A stretch of 64,000 nucleotides of DNA from Nematocida ausubeli. Its lineage: Eukaryota. The notes below the pieces were generated by a model. The model was not told the DNA's origin. It ran no database searches and saw only the letters and a list, made by a program, of their open reading frames with translations. This document shows, piece by piece, positions 21,162 through 31,632 of this stretch. The translations under genes and the position numbers were made by a program. How positions within the stretch are numbered: position 1 is the stretch's first letter; every line of letters begins with the position of its first letter. The stretch lies in the NCBI RefSeq assembly GCF_000738915.1, contig NW_026515639.1:1-64000 (forward strand). Reading direction: 5' to 3'.

Positions 21162-23762
21162 ATGAACGCACAAAGCAGTACGCACCCAGTAAAGGACGGA
21201 AAGAAAGAAGAAATACTAGAAATAGAAAGAACCATGCAGGCTCTGTGGAAGGAAAGAAAGGAGTATGAAATGGATGCAAATCCAGGACAGAAGAAGTATC
21301 TTACCACCTTCCCATACGCATACATGAATGGCAAGTTGCATCTAGGGCACATGTTTAGTTTCAGCAAGGCGGACTTTGCAGCCAGATACAAAAGAGTCAC
21401 AGGATACAATTCACTGTTTCCATATGCATTCCACTGCACAGGTATGCCCATCAAGGCAGCTGCAGATAAGCTAAAAGACGAGCTCACTGGAGTAAGAAAG
21501 ACAGGGCAGGCAGATATTTTGCGGTCAATGGACATTGAAGAAGAAGAGATTGAGAAATTTGCAGATGCAGAGCATTGGCTGAGGTACTTCCCAGAAAAGG
21601 CACAGCAAACACTTGAGAGGTTTGGGGCTTCTGTTGACTGGAGGCGCTGCTTCATAACCACAGATATCAACTGGTTCTACGATTCATTCATACGCTGGCA
21701 GTTTGAAAAGCTGAAGAAGCAGAACAGAATATCCTTTGGGAAAAGATACACTATTTACTGTCCAAAGGACAACCAGCCATGCATGGACCACGATAGACAG
21801 TCTGGAGAAGGTGTTCTACCGCAAGAGTACCAGCTGCTGAAGGTTCCTTTCATGCAAGAGGAAAAGAAGTACACCCTTTTAGTAGTTCAGAAAGAGAATG
21901 CAGCAGCACCATATAAGTGCGTAGTAAGCACAGGTGTCACATACAATATCTTGGACATGCAAGGGGAACTTCTAATTGCAGCTCCATCTACTCTGCCAAA
22001 TCTCCAGGCGCAGCACTACAGTGTAAAAGTAGTAGGCACAATTGAAGGAACATCACTTGTTGGGGGAACCATTCAGTGCAGCGGAGAAGAAGTAGTCATT
22101 GAAGGAACTGCAGCAGTAACCCTGCCAGCATCAAAGATTATTCTCTCATCAGCCAGCAAGGTAGAGGAGAAGAAGGAAAACAAAAAGGAGCAACAGACAG
22201 AATATCCCACTCTACAGTACTACGAGCCGCTTTCAAAGGTAATTAGCAGATCAGGTGCAGAGTGCATCGTAGCCCTTGTGGACCAGTGGCACATAAACTA
22301 CGGAGAAGACTCCTGGAAGGCACTCGCACAGGAGTGTCTGGACGAGATGACACTCACCAAAGAAACACGAGAGGCAATGAATTGCGGCTTGGATTGGCTG
22401 TCTAAATGGGCATGCAGCAGGAGCTACGGTCTGGGAACACGCATTCCGTGGGATACGCAGTATGTCATTGACTCACTGAGTGATTCTACAATATATATGG
22501 CATTCTACACTGTGAAGCATCTTCTGTCAGAAGACATTTTTGGAGAAGTTCCTCTTCTGGACAAGTCCCTGATTGATTACAACTTCTGGGAGGCAGTCTT
22601 TGGGGAAGAGAACCAGAAGACAGAAATCTCCACTCACCCAGTGGTTCTTAAACTGCGCAAAGAATTTGCGTATTTCTATCCAGTAGACTTGAGAACATCC
22701 GCAAAGGATCTAACAAACAACCATCTTCTGTTCTTCGTGTACAACCATGTTTCTCTCTTCAGGAAAGAGCTGTGGCCCCAGAGAATATTCACTAATGGCC
22801 ATGTCCTTCTGGATGGAGAGAAGATGAGTAAAAGTATAGGGAATTTCCTTACAGGAGACCAAGCAATAGATAAGTTTGGGGCAGATGCTGTGAGGCTTAC
22901 TCTAGCCTCAGGAGGAGACACAGGACAGGACAGTAACTTCTCTCAGCAGGCATGCAATGCCTCTGTTCTTCGCATCCACAAGATATACAAGCAGCTTTCT
23001 CCAATTTTCAGTGGCTGCAGGTTTGCATCCCTTGAGGCAGAGATAGAATCACTTGAGCTGCAGCTAAAGAAAGAGCTTTCATCTAAGTTTACACTAGACT
23101 CTCTTATGCTAAACAAGGTTCTCTCCATAAAGAACCAGACAATTGACGCGTATGAAAATCTGTTCTTCAGAGAAGGTGTCATGCACGGGTTCTATACACT
23201 TGAGCCACTCATTGAGCACCATTCAAAGGCATCTGACAACCACACGCTCATAAAGTACGCATGGCTGGTATTCCTGGCTTTGAACTACCCGATCATCCCG
23301 CATACAACAGAATACATCCTGAAGGACGCAACGGAAAAGCCATTTGGCACAGGAGAGATTCTTAAGAAGTCAGAGGTATCACAGAGTATTGTGGATATGG
23401 GGCTGTGGATTGATAAAGTAGTCGCACACACCAAGAAGGCCATGGCTAGGTACAGAAAGAAAGGACAGCGCATATCCCACATAGAACTTGCCTTTTTGAA
23501 GGAAATTCTTCCATGGCACGCAAAGGCAGACACCTTGAAGAGCACTCAGGAGATTAAGGACACGGATTGGAAGGCGTACGGTGTGTCTCTTTCTGATGCC
23601 CTGCAGTATGCATCTGCAAAGCCAAAGATACTGCCAGGCAGAATAGAGGCCCTCACTCTTCTGCACAAAAGAATAGCACAGGAGCTAGAGCTCACACAGG
23701 TTGACTTCGTAGAGGACACGCGCGGTGGGCTTGATCTTCCCACTGTAAGAATTCTGAAATAA
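21162..23762 (+). CDS. Leucyl-tRNA synthetase, cytosolic/archaeal type
   Basis: [50 protein letters not shown] and KMSKS motifs. Confidence 0.97.
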   Translation: MNAQSSTHPVKDGKKEEILEIERTMQALWKERKEYEMDANPGQKKYLTTFPYAYMNGKLHLGHMFSFSKADFAARYKRVTGYNSLFPYAFHCTGMPIKAAADKLKDELTGVRKTGQADILRSMDIEEEEIEKFADAEHWLRYFPEKAQQTLERFGASVDWRRCFITTDINWFYDSFIRWQFEKLKKQNRISFGKRYTIYCPKDNQPCMDHDRQSGEGVLPQEYQLLKVPFMQEEKKYTLLVVQKENAAAPYKCVVSTGVTYNILDMQGELLIAAPSTLPNLQAQHYSVKVVGTIEGTSLVGGTIQCSGEEVVIEGTAAVTLPASKIILSSASKVEEKKENKKEQQTEYPTLQYYEPLSKVISRSGAECIVALVDQWHINYGEDSWKALAQECLDEMTLTKETREAMNCGLDWLSKWACSRSYGLGTRIPWDTQYVIDSLSDSTIYMAFYTVKHLLSEDIFGEVPLLDKSLIDYNFWEAVFGEENQKTEISTHPVVLKLRKEFAYFYPVDLRTSAKDLTNNHLLFFVYNHVSLFRKELWPQRIFTNGHVLLDGEKMSKSIGNFLTGDQAIDKFGADAVRLTLASGGDTGQDSNFSQQACNASVLRIHKIYKQLSPIFSGCRFASLEAEIESLELQLKKELSSKFTLDSLMLNKVLSIKNQTIDAYENLFFREGVMHGFYTLEPLIEHHSKASDNHTLIKYAWLVFLALNYPIIPHTTEYILKDATEKPFGTGEILKKSEVSQSIVDMGLWIDKVVAHTKKAMARYRKKGQRISHIELAFLKEILPWHAKADTLKSTQEIKDTDWKAYGVSLSDALQYASAKPKILPGRIEALTLLHKRIAQELELTQVDFVEDTRGGLDLPTVRILK

Positions 23763-23786
23763 ATATTCTTCACCTGCAAATTTATA

Positions 23787-24557
23787 ATGAACCGACAAAA
23801 GAAGGAGAGAACTGGGCTGAAGGCGTTCTCTGCCATGATACTTTCTATTATGCAAAAGGAAAAGTCAATTGAATACACAAAGGTAGCAGATATAATTATG
23901 GGAATGACAGAGGGCACAGGGGACGACAAAAATGTAAAGAGAAGGGTCTATGATGCGCTTAATGTCATGTGTGCAGTGAATCTGATCAAAAAGGACAAGA
24001 AGATGGCATACATAACAGATAACCAGATGTGCTCATGCGAGGAGGAAGTAGAAAGAAGACTCGCCTCTCTGGGGCAGGCAATTGTTTCGGCCCCAAAACT
24101 GCGAGAAAGAGTGGAGGAAAAAAGAAGAATTCTTGAGGAAACAGTTCGCAGGAAGGACTTGCTTCTGCGGCTTATTAAGAGGAACTCAGAGAGAGAAATT
24201 GAAGAAAAGGAAAAGCTGCATCTTCCATTCATCCTTATAAGCACAAAGAAGAAATCAAGAATTGACTGCGAAACAAATGATAGAAGATCGTACTTCAAGT
24301 TTATTTTCACAAGTCCATACAAGATATACGAAGATGTGCACATTCTCAAGCAGATATTTGGAGATGCAAGTGTTCGGTCAGAGGTGAAGGAGCACCACAA
24401 AGGTATCTCACAGGGCCAGAAAGAGAATGTAGAAGCCCCAAAGAAATGGAACCCACCCCATGAGATGGACCGAGCCACACCAGGAAGCCCACTTGGATCT
24501 AGCTATATTTTCACAGAGGATGATGACTGGCTAAATTTGTACAACTTCTTAAATTAG
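23787..24557 (+). CDS. E2F dimerisation partner (DP) transcription factor
   Basis: GLKAFS...YTKVAD...KNVKRRVYDALNVMCAVNLIKKDKK; DP C-terminal LHLPFILIST. Confidence 0.9.
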   Translation: MNRQKKERTGLKAFSAMILSIMQKEKSIEYTKVADIIMGMTEGTGDDKNVKRRVYDALNVMCAVNLIKKDKKMAYITDNQMCSCEEEVERRLASLGQAIVSAPKLRERVEEKRRILEETVRRKDLLLRLIKRNSEREIEEKEKLHLPFILISTKKKSRIDCETNDRRSYFKFIFTSPYKIYEDVHILKQIFGDASVRSEVKEHHKGISQGQKENVEAPKKWNPPHEMDRATPGSPLGSSYIFTEDDDWLNLYNFLN

Positions 24558-25741
24558 AAGAATAATTAGTTTAAGAATACCCTAGGTGGTATTAATTTAT
24601 TAGTAATGAAGGGATAGCTCGTAAATAAAATCAGTTCATTATTTATTTAGCCCAAATAATCCAAAATGCACTAGGTACCTTTTTAAATATTTATGCACCC
24701 AGAAGGATTCTTCAGATTTCAATTCAAACAATAATTATGCTTTAGCTTACATTAAGCCATAATAAAGATAAATAGACAGAATATATCTAATACAAAATAA
24801 CCCAAAAAATAACTACAGATAATTTATATGGAAAATACACCTACAGTGCACTTGCGTGCTTACAGTTACAATATTATGGCTAGAATACAAGTTCCTTCAA
24901 ATATCTCTGTCTTTTTATTCATTCTTCAGGAATTTCAGTATTTGAAATATTATAAAGAATAATAAAGAAATCTTCTAGTAGAACAAAGCTCAGAATAATT
25001 TAATAATTCACTAGGATATATTTCGAAAGAACCACAAATGGCTGAAATTCCCTGAGATATGCAGAATATGCATTGATTCTGGTTAAACATGCTAGATTCA
25101 GTAGGAATAGCTGTTTATATGAATAGTTCTCTAAATTATGCAAAAGAATCTGTTACTTCTAAAGACCAGAATGTCCTTGTAGAATGTTCTGGTTAATTTC
25201 TAGTGATTTCACGCATTGAGTGGCAGTGCACATAAGCTCGTCCTGAAAGCACAATAAGAAGCAGCATAAAAGAAAGCATCTTGCAAATAAGTCTAAACCA
25301 TATTCATACAACAAAAATATAGTTTATATGCACTCAGTAATATCCACTATATTATAGTAGTGCTGTATTTTTTTATTGCTCTTTATGGTTTTGTGCAAAG
25401 TGCTTAGCTTACTGGATATAACACAGCCATTGTTAAACCATGAGGCAGAGAAGAATAAAGTACCTGCTATTTTCAAGGCGGTCGTAGAGATAATGTCTAA
25501 TTCTGAAACAAATCAGGTTACAATTGTATACATAGAAACCAACGGAATACAGATTGGTATTAATTCAATACTTCACTACAACAATGAATCAGTAATAAGT
25601 CTTTCTAAAACACTTGTCAACAAAACGACCCAATACAGAGTGAATAATGACTTGATCACGCACCTTCTAAAACAGAAAAAAGCAAAACAAAGTTAATCAT
25701 GTAATAAAGTGCCTATATAGCCAGAAAAGAATGACATTATA

Positions 25742-27151
25742 ATGAATATATTACAAGGCGTTGTAATACTTGTTGGTACATATTTTAAATACAGCAATGC
25801 ATTAAGCATAGGAGACTGTGTATGCGTAGATGGAGCATCAACGGGATATCTGCAGAAGGAGATGGGCATGGGGCTTGGTGCAGGGTTCTCTGGCATGTCA
25901 GGATTATCTGGGATGGGAGGAGCTGCCCAGACAGGTGGAATGACACAGCAGATAGGGGAGATATGCACATGCACGCCAGTTTCCATTACAGTGCCAGCAC
26001 CAAGCATGGCAGCCATAGATGCCAGTTCAATTGTGCAGCAGTATGCACAGCCAGCTGTAGCCCAGCAGGTTGTAGCACAGCCAGCAATGAGCCAGATGGT
26101 TATGCAGCCAGCCATGGCAGCATCACAGGCAGCAGTAGGCCAGGTAGTAATGCAAGCAGCCCCGCAGCCAGCAATGAGCCAGGTAGTAATGCAGCCAGCC
26201 ATGGCAGCAGCACAGCAGTCAGTAGGCCAGGTAGTAATGCAAGCAGCACCACAGGCAGCAGTAGGTCAAGTGGTTATGCAGGCAGCACCACAGGCAGCAA
26301 TGAGCCAGGTAGTTATGCAGCCAGCCATGGCAGGGCAGATGGTTGCTGTGGCAGGTGGCCAAGCAGCAATGGCAGGCATGCAAGCACAGCAGCTAAGAAA
26401 GATAAGAAAGAGTGAAATGGTGCTGCATGCAGCAGAAGCAGCCAGTATAAACAGTGCAACCCAGGCAAGCAGAATTGCAAAAGCAGCCATGGCTGTAACA
26501 GAAATAGGTGCAAAGGAAGCAGCGCATGCAAAGGACATGGCAGCAATTGCGCACCTAGCAAGAGTTGAGCACCAGCAAAATACATCACAAGCCATGCGTA
26601 ACTACGAAGCCATGCAGAGAATGAACTACCCTACGCAGCTAGTTAGGTCTATAGTTCCTGTGTCAGCTGGCTCCATAGCCGTGCAGGCTCCTGCAGCTAC
26701 AGCAGTAGCAGTGCCTGCGCAAATTGCAATGGCAGGCTTGGGGGCAGGAGCAGGAGCAGGCGGCCTGGTAGCAGGCGGAGGAGTGTCTGTTATGAAGAGT
26801 GCACCTATGATGTACGGTGTGGTGGGTGGTGGTACTGAAGGGGTTCAGTGTATCTGTCCCCCAATCTACAACCAAGCACAGGAAGAGTCTCTGGGAGAAG
26901 CATCAGCAGATAATGGGTTTGGTGCACGGCTGGCTGCAGGCTTGGCGTCGCAGATTCTATCTGAAGCGTACAGCACAAATAAAACATCTGATTCGGATAT
27001 AATGTGTGTAGAGCTGATAAAGTCAATGCAAAATGCAGCAAACCTAAGGCAGCAAGTGGCAGAAGGCAGGCTTTCATACTGTTTGAATGAGATAGGCAAA
27101 TCCAGCTCACTCTCTTCAATGCTTGCAGAGAACCGTCTGTGCTATTGTTAA
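25742..27151 (+). CDS. Candidate polar tube protein 1 (signal peptide, central Q/A/M/V/P repeats, Cys-containing ends)
   Basis: PTP1-like architecture; lies between DP and a co-oriented PTP2-like gene. Confidence 0.6.
   Translation: MNILQGVVILVGTYFKYSNALSIGDCVCVDGASTGYLQKEMGMGLGAGFSGMSGLSGMGGAAQTGGMTQQIGEICTCTPVSITVPAPSMAAIDASSIVQQYAQPAVAQQVVAQPAMSQMVMQPAMAASQAAVGQVVMQAAPQPAMSQVVMQPAMAAAQQSVGQVVMQAAPQAAVGQVVMQAAPQAAMSQVVMQPAMAGQMVAVAGGQAAMAGMQAQQLRKIRKSEMVLHAAEAASINSATQASRIAKAAMAVTEIGAKEAAHAKDMAAIAHLARVEHQQNTSQAMRNYEAMQRMNYPTQLVRSIVPVSAGSIAVQAPAATAVAVPAQIAMAGLGAGAGAGGLVAGGGVSVMKSAPMMYGVVGGGTEGVQCICPPIYNQAQEESLGEASADNGFGARLAAGLASQILSEAYSTNKTSDSDIMCVELIKSMQNAANLRQQVAEGRLSYCLNEIGKSSSLSSMLAENRLCYC
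26084..26340 (+). repeat. Coding tandem repeats (GQVVMQAAPQ / MSQVVMQPAMA)
   Basis: Repeated GCCAGGTAGTAATGCAAGCAGC and CAGCCAGCCATGGCAG blocks. Confidence 0.9.
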
Positions 27152-27309
27152 ATAAATATCTGTTATATTGTATGTTAATTAGAATATTATCTCTTTAGTG
27201 CATTCCAGGTGCACCTGATCATGGAAGAATCACTATATGCTTGATTATTCATTGTTTCAGCATATTAATACTGTGGTATTTTGTCATACTACATGATTAT
27301 TACGTAGAT

Positions 27310-27535
27310 ATAAGACCCTTTCACTTTCCACTTTCCAGAAGACTCTTCGTATACTAGAAGACTACCACTCTACCAAATTGTATAACCCAAATTAAAACAA
27401 GCAGCAGATGACAATAAGAAATATATCCAGTATGAATAAGAAAGAGATATAGGCACCAAAGATATTCAAGTATGTGATAATAATAAATCTCCTTTGACAA
27501 CTACACTATCTGTTATCTGGTTATAAAATACTACC
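27310..27535 (-). mobile_element. Dispersed ~300-bp repeat family, partial inverted copy
   Basis: CGTATACTAGAAGACTACCACTCTAC...TTGACAACTACACTATCT shared with 50463-50640; reverse complement of parts of the 40577, 50146 and 56274 copies. Confidence 0.7.
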
Positions 27536-27894
27536 TTCTGAATGAACTATTACTAATTTTTGCACATTAACCGTTATATATATTATGCATGAATCTATCT
27601 ATTCTAGCACTACCTTCTATGATTCTGGCTTTCTTCTGAAGTGTAGAACTAAGCCATCTTATTATTTGTGCAGTCCTTAAAGGACCATGCACTACTGGTA
27701 GATAAATGGGAATTGATCAGAGAATTCGTTAAGATTGGCTTATTCGTATAAGAATTGAAGGAATTCTGCTTTTGTTTCATCTATTCATTTCTTTCGTATA
27801 TGCATTCCCTCTTTTATATCTTTTATTTTTTTAATTTCTTGCTAAGCCAGATGCACAGTAGTATACTGCTAAACTAGCACTTTTGCAAATTTTT

Positions 27895-28965
27895 ATGTCT
27901 ATTTATGCATACAGCCGTAATATTATACAAGAAATATTACAGAAACAGGAAAGCCTGCAGATGAAGGATATAAGCATAAATATATCTGAAGATATAAATA
28001 ATAGTGAAGTAATGGATATTTCAGTCTGCTCCCTGGAGACTCTTTTATTTAACTCGCTTAAGAATATTCTTGATAGAATTACTGATGAGACAAATAGAAT
28101 ATTTATATCATACAGTGGAGGAATTGACTCTTTATTGTGTGCTATGCTTTGCTTAAAGTACTTTACGCACAAAGTGTTCCTTATAAATACGGCATTCTCA
28201 TGTGGTGATACGTGGGCATCTCGTGACAGAGAGACAGCAAAGGAAGGTTATACATATATATTGGGTAGGGTACAGGATACGAGCAGATGCATGTTAGTAG
28301 AAAATAATGTAACACGAGAGGAAACAATAGCAAGAAAGGAGGATATACTAAGTATATCAGACGGGACTACAATGGACTTCAACCTGGCAGCACTCCATTT
28401 CTTTACAGCAAGAAAGACGAAAGAGTTAGGGGGCACTTACATCATAACAGGGTCTGGTGCAGATGAATTATTCATGGGGTACTCCAGGCACAGAAAAATT
28501 GCAGAAGAAAAAAGTGCAGTGCGTGTAAATAAGTCAGAGGACAGGGCAGATATCTCTATGATGTGCAAAGATATAATCAACAAGAGAAAGGATCATGATG
28601 AAACTACTTTTCTTCTAGTGAGACAAATTATAACAGATATATCTGGATTCTGGGAGAGTAATCTGCAAAGAGACTGCAGGGCAGGCATGCTATGCGGAGT
28701 ACTTCAAATGTCTCCATTTCTTAATGTGGCTGTGCTGGCGTATGCATTGGAGACATGCTGTGCAGAGAGAGTTGAAAAAAAGGAGCTAGTGGAAATACTG
28801 CACAGAGAGTATCCGGATATGCATATAAAGAAGAAACTAGCAGGCCAGTTTGGCTCTGGGATATCAAACGTAGTAAGAAGTATCAGGTGCCGGGCACACA
28901 CTCTCTGCCGCAACAACGAGTGTCTTTCCCTTGAGTGCACAAAATACACACGTGATGAAAAGTGA
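27895..28965 (+). CDS. Asparagine synthase domain protein (synthetase domain only)
   Basis: ISYSGGIDSLL PP-loop, TGSGADELFMGY, NLQRDCR and SPFL motifs; no N-terminal Cys-Gly glutaminase domain. Confidence 0.8.
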   Translation: MSIYAYSRNIIQEILQKQESLQMKDISINISEDINNSEVMDISVCSLETLLFNSLKNILDRITDETNRIFISYSGGIDSLLCAMLCLKYFTHKVFLINTAFSCGDTWASRDRETAKEGYTYILGRVQDTSRCMLVENNVTREETIARKEDILSISDGTTMDFNLAALHFFTARKTKELGGTYIITGSGADELFMGYSRHRKIAEEKSAVRVNKSEDRADISMMCKDIINKRKDHDETTFLLVRQIITDISGFWESNLQRDCRAGMLCGVLQMSPFLNVAVLAYALETCCAERVEKKELVEILHREYPDMHIKKKLAGQFGSGISNVVRSIRCRAHTLCRNNECLSLECTKYTRDEK

Positions 28966-29430
28966 ATGGCATGATGTAATCTAATCAGCCAAATAACCAG
29001 GCATATACTAACTCACCATAAGGCTAATCAGTAGATTCTATATATCACTCTGTTAGATATTAATTTACTATTTACTATTTACAGAAATAATATGAGTTAA
29101 TTGGATATAACCAGAGTTAAGGGGGTTTATATGTACAGACAAGAGCTACAGATGTTTGTAATAATTGGAATATATCAGGTACATTGGGTACATTGGGCTA
29201 TTATTTGGATATCTTACACTATTGATCAGAGTGGATTTACAAATAAACAGCAACCTAGTTACTATCTAATCTGGCTTGCACTGTGTTTCAAAGACACTTT
29301 CTTGCAGGGGATGGATGGGGCTGTGATTCAGTAAGTCTGTTTCAGTGTGAAACAGAAATATTATAAGATTGGTGCATTTCACAACAAAATGTGAAACAAA
29401 AGTATATAACCTAGCAAACCTGCATGTTCA

Positions 29431-30180
29431 ATGGCAAAATATCAAGTAGCAAAAAGAGTAGTTGTAGGAGTCTCTGTTGTAGGATTGTTTTTAAAGACAT
29501 ACGCTGCTTCTAGAATGGCAATGCCTGCAATATCAGGGCCGATGTCGCAGATGTGCTCTTCACAGTTCATGAAAGGCACGAATGTTTTAGGATCCATGGG
29601 GATTAATGGAATGGGTGGTATAGGAAATGCATTCCAGGTGGGCATGCCATCTATTTGTCTTAGAGAGGGAAAGGATGATCCTAATCAAGTTAAGATGCAC
29701 CCTCTCGTTAAAAAACTCACCCGAATGAAGGCAGTGGACTCTCTTCTAAACTTGGACGATACAAATTGCACTATTGGAAAGGTGTCATCAAAGAGTCAGA
29801 TCTGCCATCTCTTTAAATTAATCAAAAGAAAAACCAACACACCAGAAAAAGCAGTTAGTATTATTGCAAATACTGTCTCCTTGGAAGACACCAAGGGTGT
29901 TAGTGCAATGTTTTTGTATGAGCCATTTGGCATTCTGGATAAAAAGAAGAAGAAGAAGAGAACAATTGCAGAGATTATTGGGCCAGCAAACTCAAACACA
30001 ACCCTGAATGAGTTTGATGACATTCTCAAGAGAAATGGTGGCCGTGCAGCACGTAAGAGAAGCAAGTGTGAGGAGTGCTTGAAGTCTCTTAAGAATGATC
30101 TTGCTACAACTGATTTGGAGTGCGATCCATGCGGCGAAACAATCAATATTCCTTTTGGCATGATGGCAGGTGCAGCATAA
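29431..30180 (+). CDS. PTP2: Polar tube protein 2-like
   Basis: 249 aa; signal-like N-terminus, basic with a KKKKKKR tract, 8 Cys including CEEC and CDPC. Confidence 0.7.
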   Translation: MAKYQVAKRVVVGVSVVGLFLKTYAASRMAMPAISGPMSQMCSSQFMKGTNVLGSMGINGMGGIGNAFQVGMPSICLREGKDDPNQVKMHPLVKKLTRMKAVDSLLNLDDTNCTIGKVSSKSQICHLFKLIKRKTNTPEKAVSIIANTVSLEDTKGVSAMFLYEPFGILDKKKKKKRTIAEIIGPANSNTTLNEFDDILKRNGGRAARKRSKCEECLKSLKNDLATTDLECDPCGETINIPFGMMAGAA

Positions 30181-30871
30181 TTTTCTCAAATAAAGGCTTA
30201 TTGAACTGTGAAAGTGCGCCAGTTGGTTTATAAACCAGAAAGCATTAATAAATCAGCATTATTATAGGGTGAGGAAGGACTTGCTATAATAGAGGTTCTT
30301 GATCGATTTAATTGTTTTTGTAGTGAAATTATGGGTTAACTAGAGAATGCAAGCATGCATGGCAGACTAAAAATAAAGCAGATATTATTTTACAATAAAG
30401 CATACTTAATTATGTTTGCGCCAATGTACAATTATCGAATAGTTTCGGTTGTATATTCGGATGCACTAGGCTAAGAGAAGTGTCTCTTTTCATGGGGTTT
30501 TTAAATCTGCAGGCAGCATAAAGTCTATCCGAATATAACCCGGATATAACCCGATGTTTGAATGGTTTTACTTACTTCTCATTCAGTAATACGCATTCAC
30601 ACATTATGGCTATATTAGTGTGCGTATCAAAGTGATTTCAGTTAAATATATGAAAACTACCCTGCTATAACATATAAAGGGCCTGGTACTGACTGCGAAA
30701 TCTTCAGATTTTATGCGCACAAACACAATATGTTATCTCAAAACCACCCGAAACTCTCTAAGATCTTTCTGTGGGGATGAAATCCTGCAAGTGCTGAAAT
30801 ATGCGCATTCAAATTGGCCGCAATTAATATTCTTAAATCACAGTAGTACTCCGTGCATTGCTAAACATTCT

Positions 30872-31603
30872 TTATTCATTCTTTTTCTGTGCTGGGTTTA
30901 TCTCTTCTGCTTCCTTGCTTTCCTCTGCTACCTCTCTTTTAGCATGCCCAGATGGTGTTATTGAGTATTCTACACGTACAATGGAGCCATTTAGCATCTG
31001 GTCTGTCAGCTTACCCTTAGCTGCTGTTGCTTCTTCCACAGTATCAAAGTACACAAATGCATAGCCTCTGCTATACCCAGTGTATTTGTCCAGGACCAGT
31101 TCTGTCTTGGTGAATGGCAGACTCTCTAGCTTCTCATTTAGCCACTGTTTCAGCTCATCCTCAGTCACTCTTATGTCTATGCCAAATATCCCTAGGACAT
31201 TCACTGGGACTTGCTCTGCAGGAAGAACTCTTTTCTTGTAGTACGTCCTTGGTCTTTGGTCGTAAAATGAATAGTGCTCTTCCTGCCATCTCCCTGGCTC
31301 CTGCCACCTCCCAGGGTATGCTTCATATCCAGGCCGCCTTCCCCGATACCTATCCACTCGGTAGGCCTGTGGGGGATACGACTTGTATCCTCTGGGTGGA
31401 TGGCTTGCGCCTTCTTCTACTCTGCTATATCTATAGCTAGGATATTCTTCATATCTTGATGTTCTCTCGATTTGTCTGTACGGCCTTTTTCTGTATCTAT
31501 TGTATGCTGGCCTGTATCCTCTTTCTAGATCGATTTTTGGCCTTTCTGCCTGGTCACTTGGGGCTTCCTGCTGTGCACTTTTTTGTTCTTCCTTTTGGTT
31601 CAT
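30872..31603 (-). CDS. RRM RNA-binding protein, Tra2-like, with R/Y-rich N-terminus
   Basis: RNP2 VLGIFGI, RNP1 RGYAFVYF, and VRVEYSIT. Confidence 0.85.
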   Translation of the reverse strand: MNQKEEQKSAQQEAPSDQAERPKIDLERGYRPAYNRYRKRPYRQIERTSRYEEYPSYRYSRVEEGASHPPRGYKSYPPQAYRVDRYRGRRPGYEAYPGRWQEPGRWQEEHYSFYDQRPRTYYKKRVLPAEQVPVNVLGIFGIDIRVTEDELKQWLNEKLESLPFTKTELVLDKYTGYSRGYAFVYFDTVEEATAAKGKLTDQMLNGSIVRVEYSITPSGHAKREVAEESKEAEEINPAQKKNE

Positions 31604-31632
31604 TCCAAATTAAAAATGTAAAAATATTTTTG

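Noticed and set aside
25376..25696. 106-aa ORF upstream of the PTP1 candidate
   Set aside because: TTG start, no recognisable motif; cannot be distinguished from promoter sequence.
30713..30810. ATGCGCA...TGCGCAT-bounded segment as an ncRNA
   Set aside because: Only a 7-bp self-complementary closing stem; no recognisable boxes.
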